Shown here: positions 62,951-64,000 of the stretch, one piece after another
How the letters are laid out: every line of letters begins with the position of its first letter
How positions within the stretch are numbered: position 1 is the stretch's first letter
Assembly: GCA_963801355.1 (NCBI GenBank)
Contig: CAWDEM010000004.1
Span: forward strand, 32,001 to 96,000
Length of the DNA: 64,000 nt
Reading direction: 5' to 3'
DNA from: Ignavibacteriota bacterium
GTDB lineage: Bacteria; Bacteroidota; Ignavibacteria; UBA10030; UBA6906
Made by a program: the position numbers and the translations under genes
The notes under the pieces: generated by a model
What the model saw: only the letters and a program-made list of their open reading frames with translations
Database searches by the model: none
What the model was told of the DNA's origin: nothing

Positions 62951-64000
62951 TGGAACTCGGCAAACATCTCGGGAAGGGGCTCTGGGGACTGGCGGACAAG
63001 ATTCTGCCGGTTGTGTACGGCCTCGGCTACGTGGTGCTCGTCATCCGCGTTCTTCCGGAGGAGGAGTTCGGCAATTTTGTGCTGGTCCAGGAAGTGTTTC
63101 TGGTGATCTCCGGACTCTCAACGGCATTCGCGCTTCAGCCGATGCTCAAGTTCGCGGCGGAAAAGAACAGCAATGCCGTGGAAATCGCCCGCGCGGGTAT
63201 GGTGCTGAACCTGTTGTTCACCGCCGGGGCCGCGCTTCTGGTTGCTGCGTTCAGCATGCCGCTTTCGGCGTTGTTCCATTCCCCGGGCCTGCGCATGCTG
63301 TTGTTGTTCGTCCCTGTCATGCTTGTCGCCTCGTTCATCCGGAACGTCGCGCTCGTCCTTCTGCAGGCGCAATTCCGCATTTGGGAAGTGTTCGTCATCG
63401 ATGCGGCACACTTTCTCGGAGCACCGCTTCTCACCTGGGTGTACTCGCACCTCGCGCTTTTCGATTCGGCAATGGAGCTTGTCTATATCAACATTATTTC
63501 CCTCTCGGTGTCGTCGCTTGTCGGCCTGGTACTGGCGCGGAACCTTATTGCCTTCCGGGGAGCTCCGCTGAAGCCCGTGGTGTCGCAACTCTGGAACTTC
63601 GGCAAGTTCGCCATCGGGGGCGCCGCCAGTCAGATGTTGTATACGCGCATGGACTCCTTCGTGCTTGCGGCATTTACCGGGCCTGTCACCGTCGCGGTGT
63701 ATAATGCCGCAAAAATCGTTACCCGCGTGTTTGAGATGTTGAACCAGGTCGTGCAGATGTTCGTTCTTCCCGCAACCTCGCGCCTGGCACACGAAGGAAA
63801 CTCCGCATCACTGCGCTCCATGCTGGAAAAGGTACTCTTTGTGACCCTTGTCGGGATGCTCCCCGTGGCGCTGCTGCTGCTTGTCGGTGCGCCGCTGCTG
63901 GTGCGCGTACTGTACGGCGACCGGTACGGTGAGGCGGCGATCCTCCTTCAGATATTCTCTCTGCTTTCTTTCTCCACACCGTTTCTTGCCGTGGCATGGA
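62950..64000 (+). CDS. Polysaccharide flippase (Wzx/MOP-like), 3'-truncated by window edge
   Basis: ATG at 62950 overlaps the upstream stop. MELGKHLGKGLWGLADK...LPEEEFGNF...MDSFVL...VAVYNAA...LYGDRY; open to window end, so absent from the ORF track. Confidence 0.85.
   Translation, partial: MELGKHLGKGLWGLADKILPVVYGLGYVVLVIRVLPEEEFGNFVLVQEVFLVISGLSTAFALQPMLKFAAEKNSNAVEIARAGMVLNLLFTAGAALLVAAFSMPLSALFHSPGLRMLLLFVPVMLVASFIRNVALVLLQAQFRIWEVFVIDAAHFLGAPLLTWVYSHLALFDSAMELVYINIISLSVSSLVGLVLARNLIAFRGAPLKPVVSQLWNFGKFAIGGAASQMLYTRMDSFVLAAFTGPVTVAVYNAAKIVTRVFEMLNQVVQMFVLPATSRLAHEGNSASLRSMLEKVLFVTLVGMLPVALLLLVGAPLLVRVLYGDRYGEAAILLQIFSLLSFSTPFLAVAW

Overview
Bacterial chromosomal segment, visually about 58-60% GC. 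It is most consistent with an Ignavibacteria/Chlorobi-like member of the Bacteroidota-Chlorobi group: it has T9SS-type 'QNYPNPFN' C-terminal tails and canonical sigma70 TTGAC-N17-TAnnnT promoters. Bases 1-~5750 form a more AT-rich accessory block with an ArnT-like membrane glycosyltransferase, a methyltransferase, a GT2, a tRNA-Leu-like 5' fragment, a degraded IS110-family element and a mosaic T9SS/FN3 protein. The rest is mostly core genome: TIGR03545/46, ggt, wecB, purN-purH-mreBCD-mrdA-rodA-lon-like protease-AADC-dcd, maeB, plsC-gatC-kdsB-pyrG, mdh, rplU-rpmA, rsmA and a surface-glycan cluster running off the right end. About a dozen genes carry small frameshifts, probably sequencing or assembly indels. 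The most notable feature is the IS110/IS1111-type element at 3067-4602. It has a CATC core repeated at both ends, 8-bp sub-terminal inverted repeats, and a structured ~400-nt 3' region holding an exact 10-nt copy of its own insertion-site flank plus a 7-nt copy of its donor junction, i.e. a readable candidate bridge/seek RNA. Also notable is a DUF362 protein carrying both a Tat signal and a T9SS tail. All product calls come from motif recognition only; no database searches were run.
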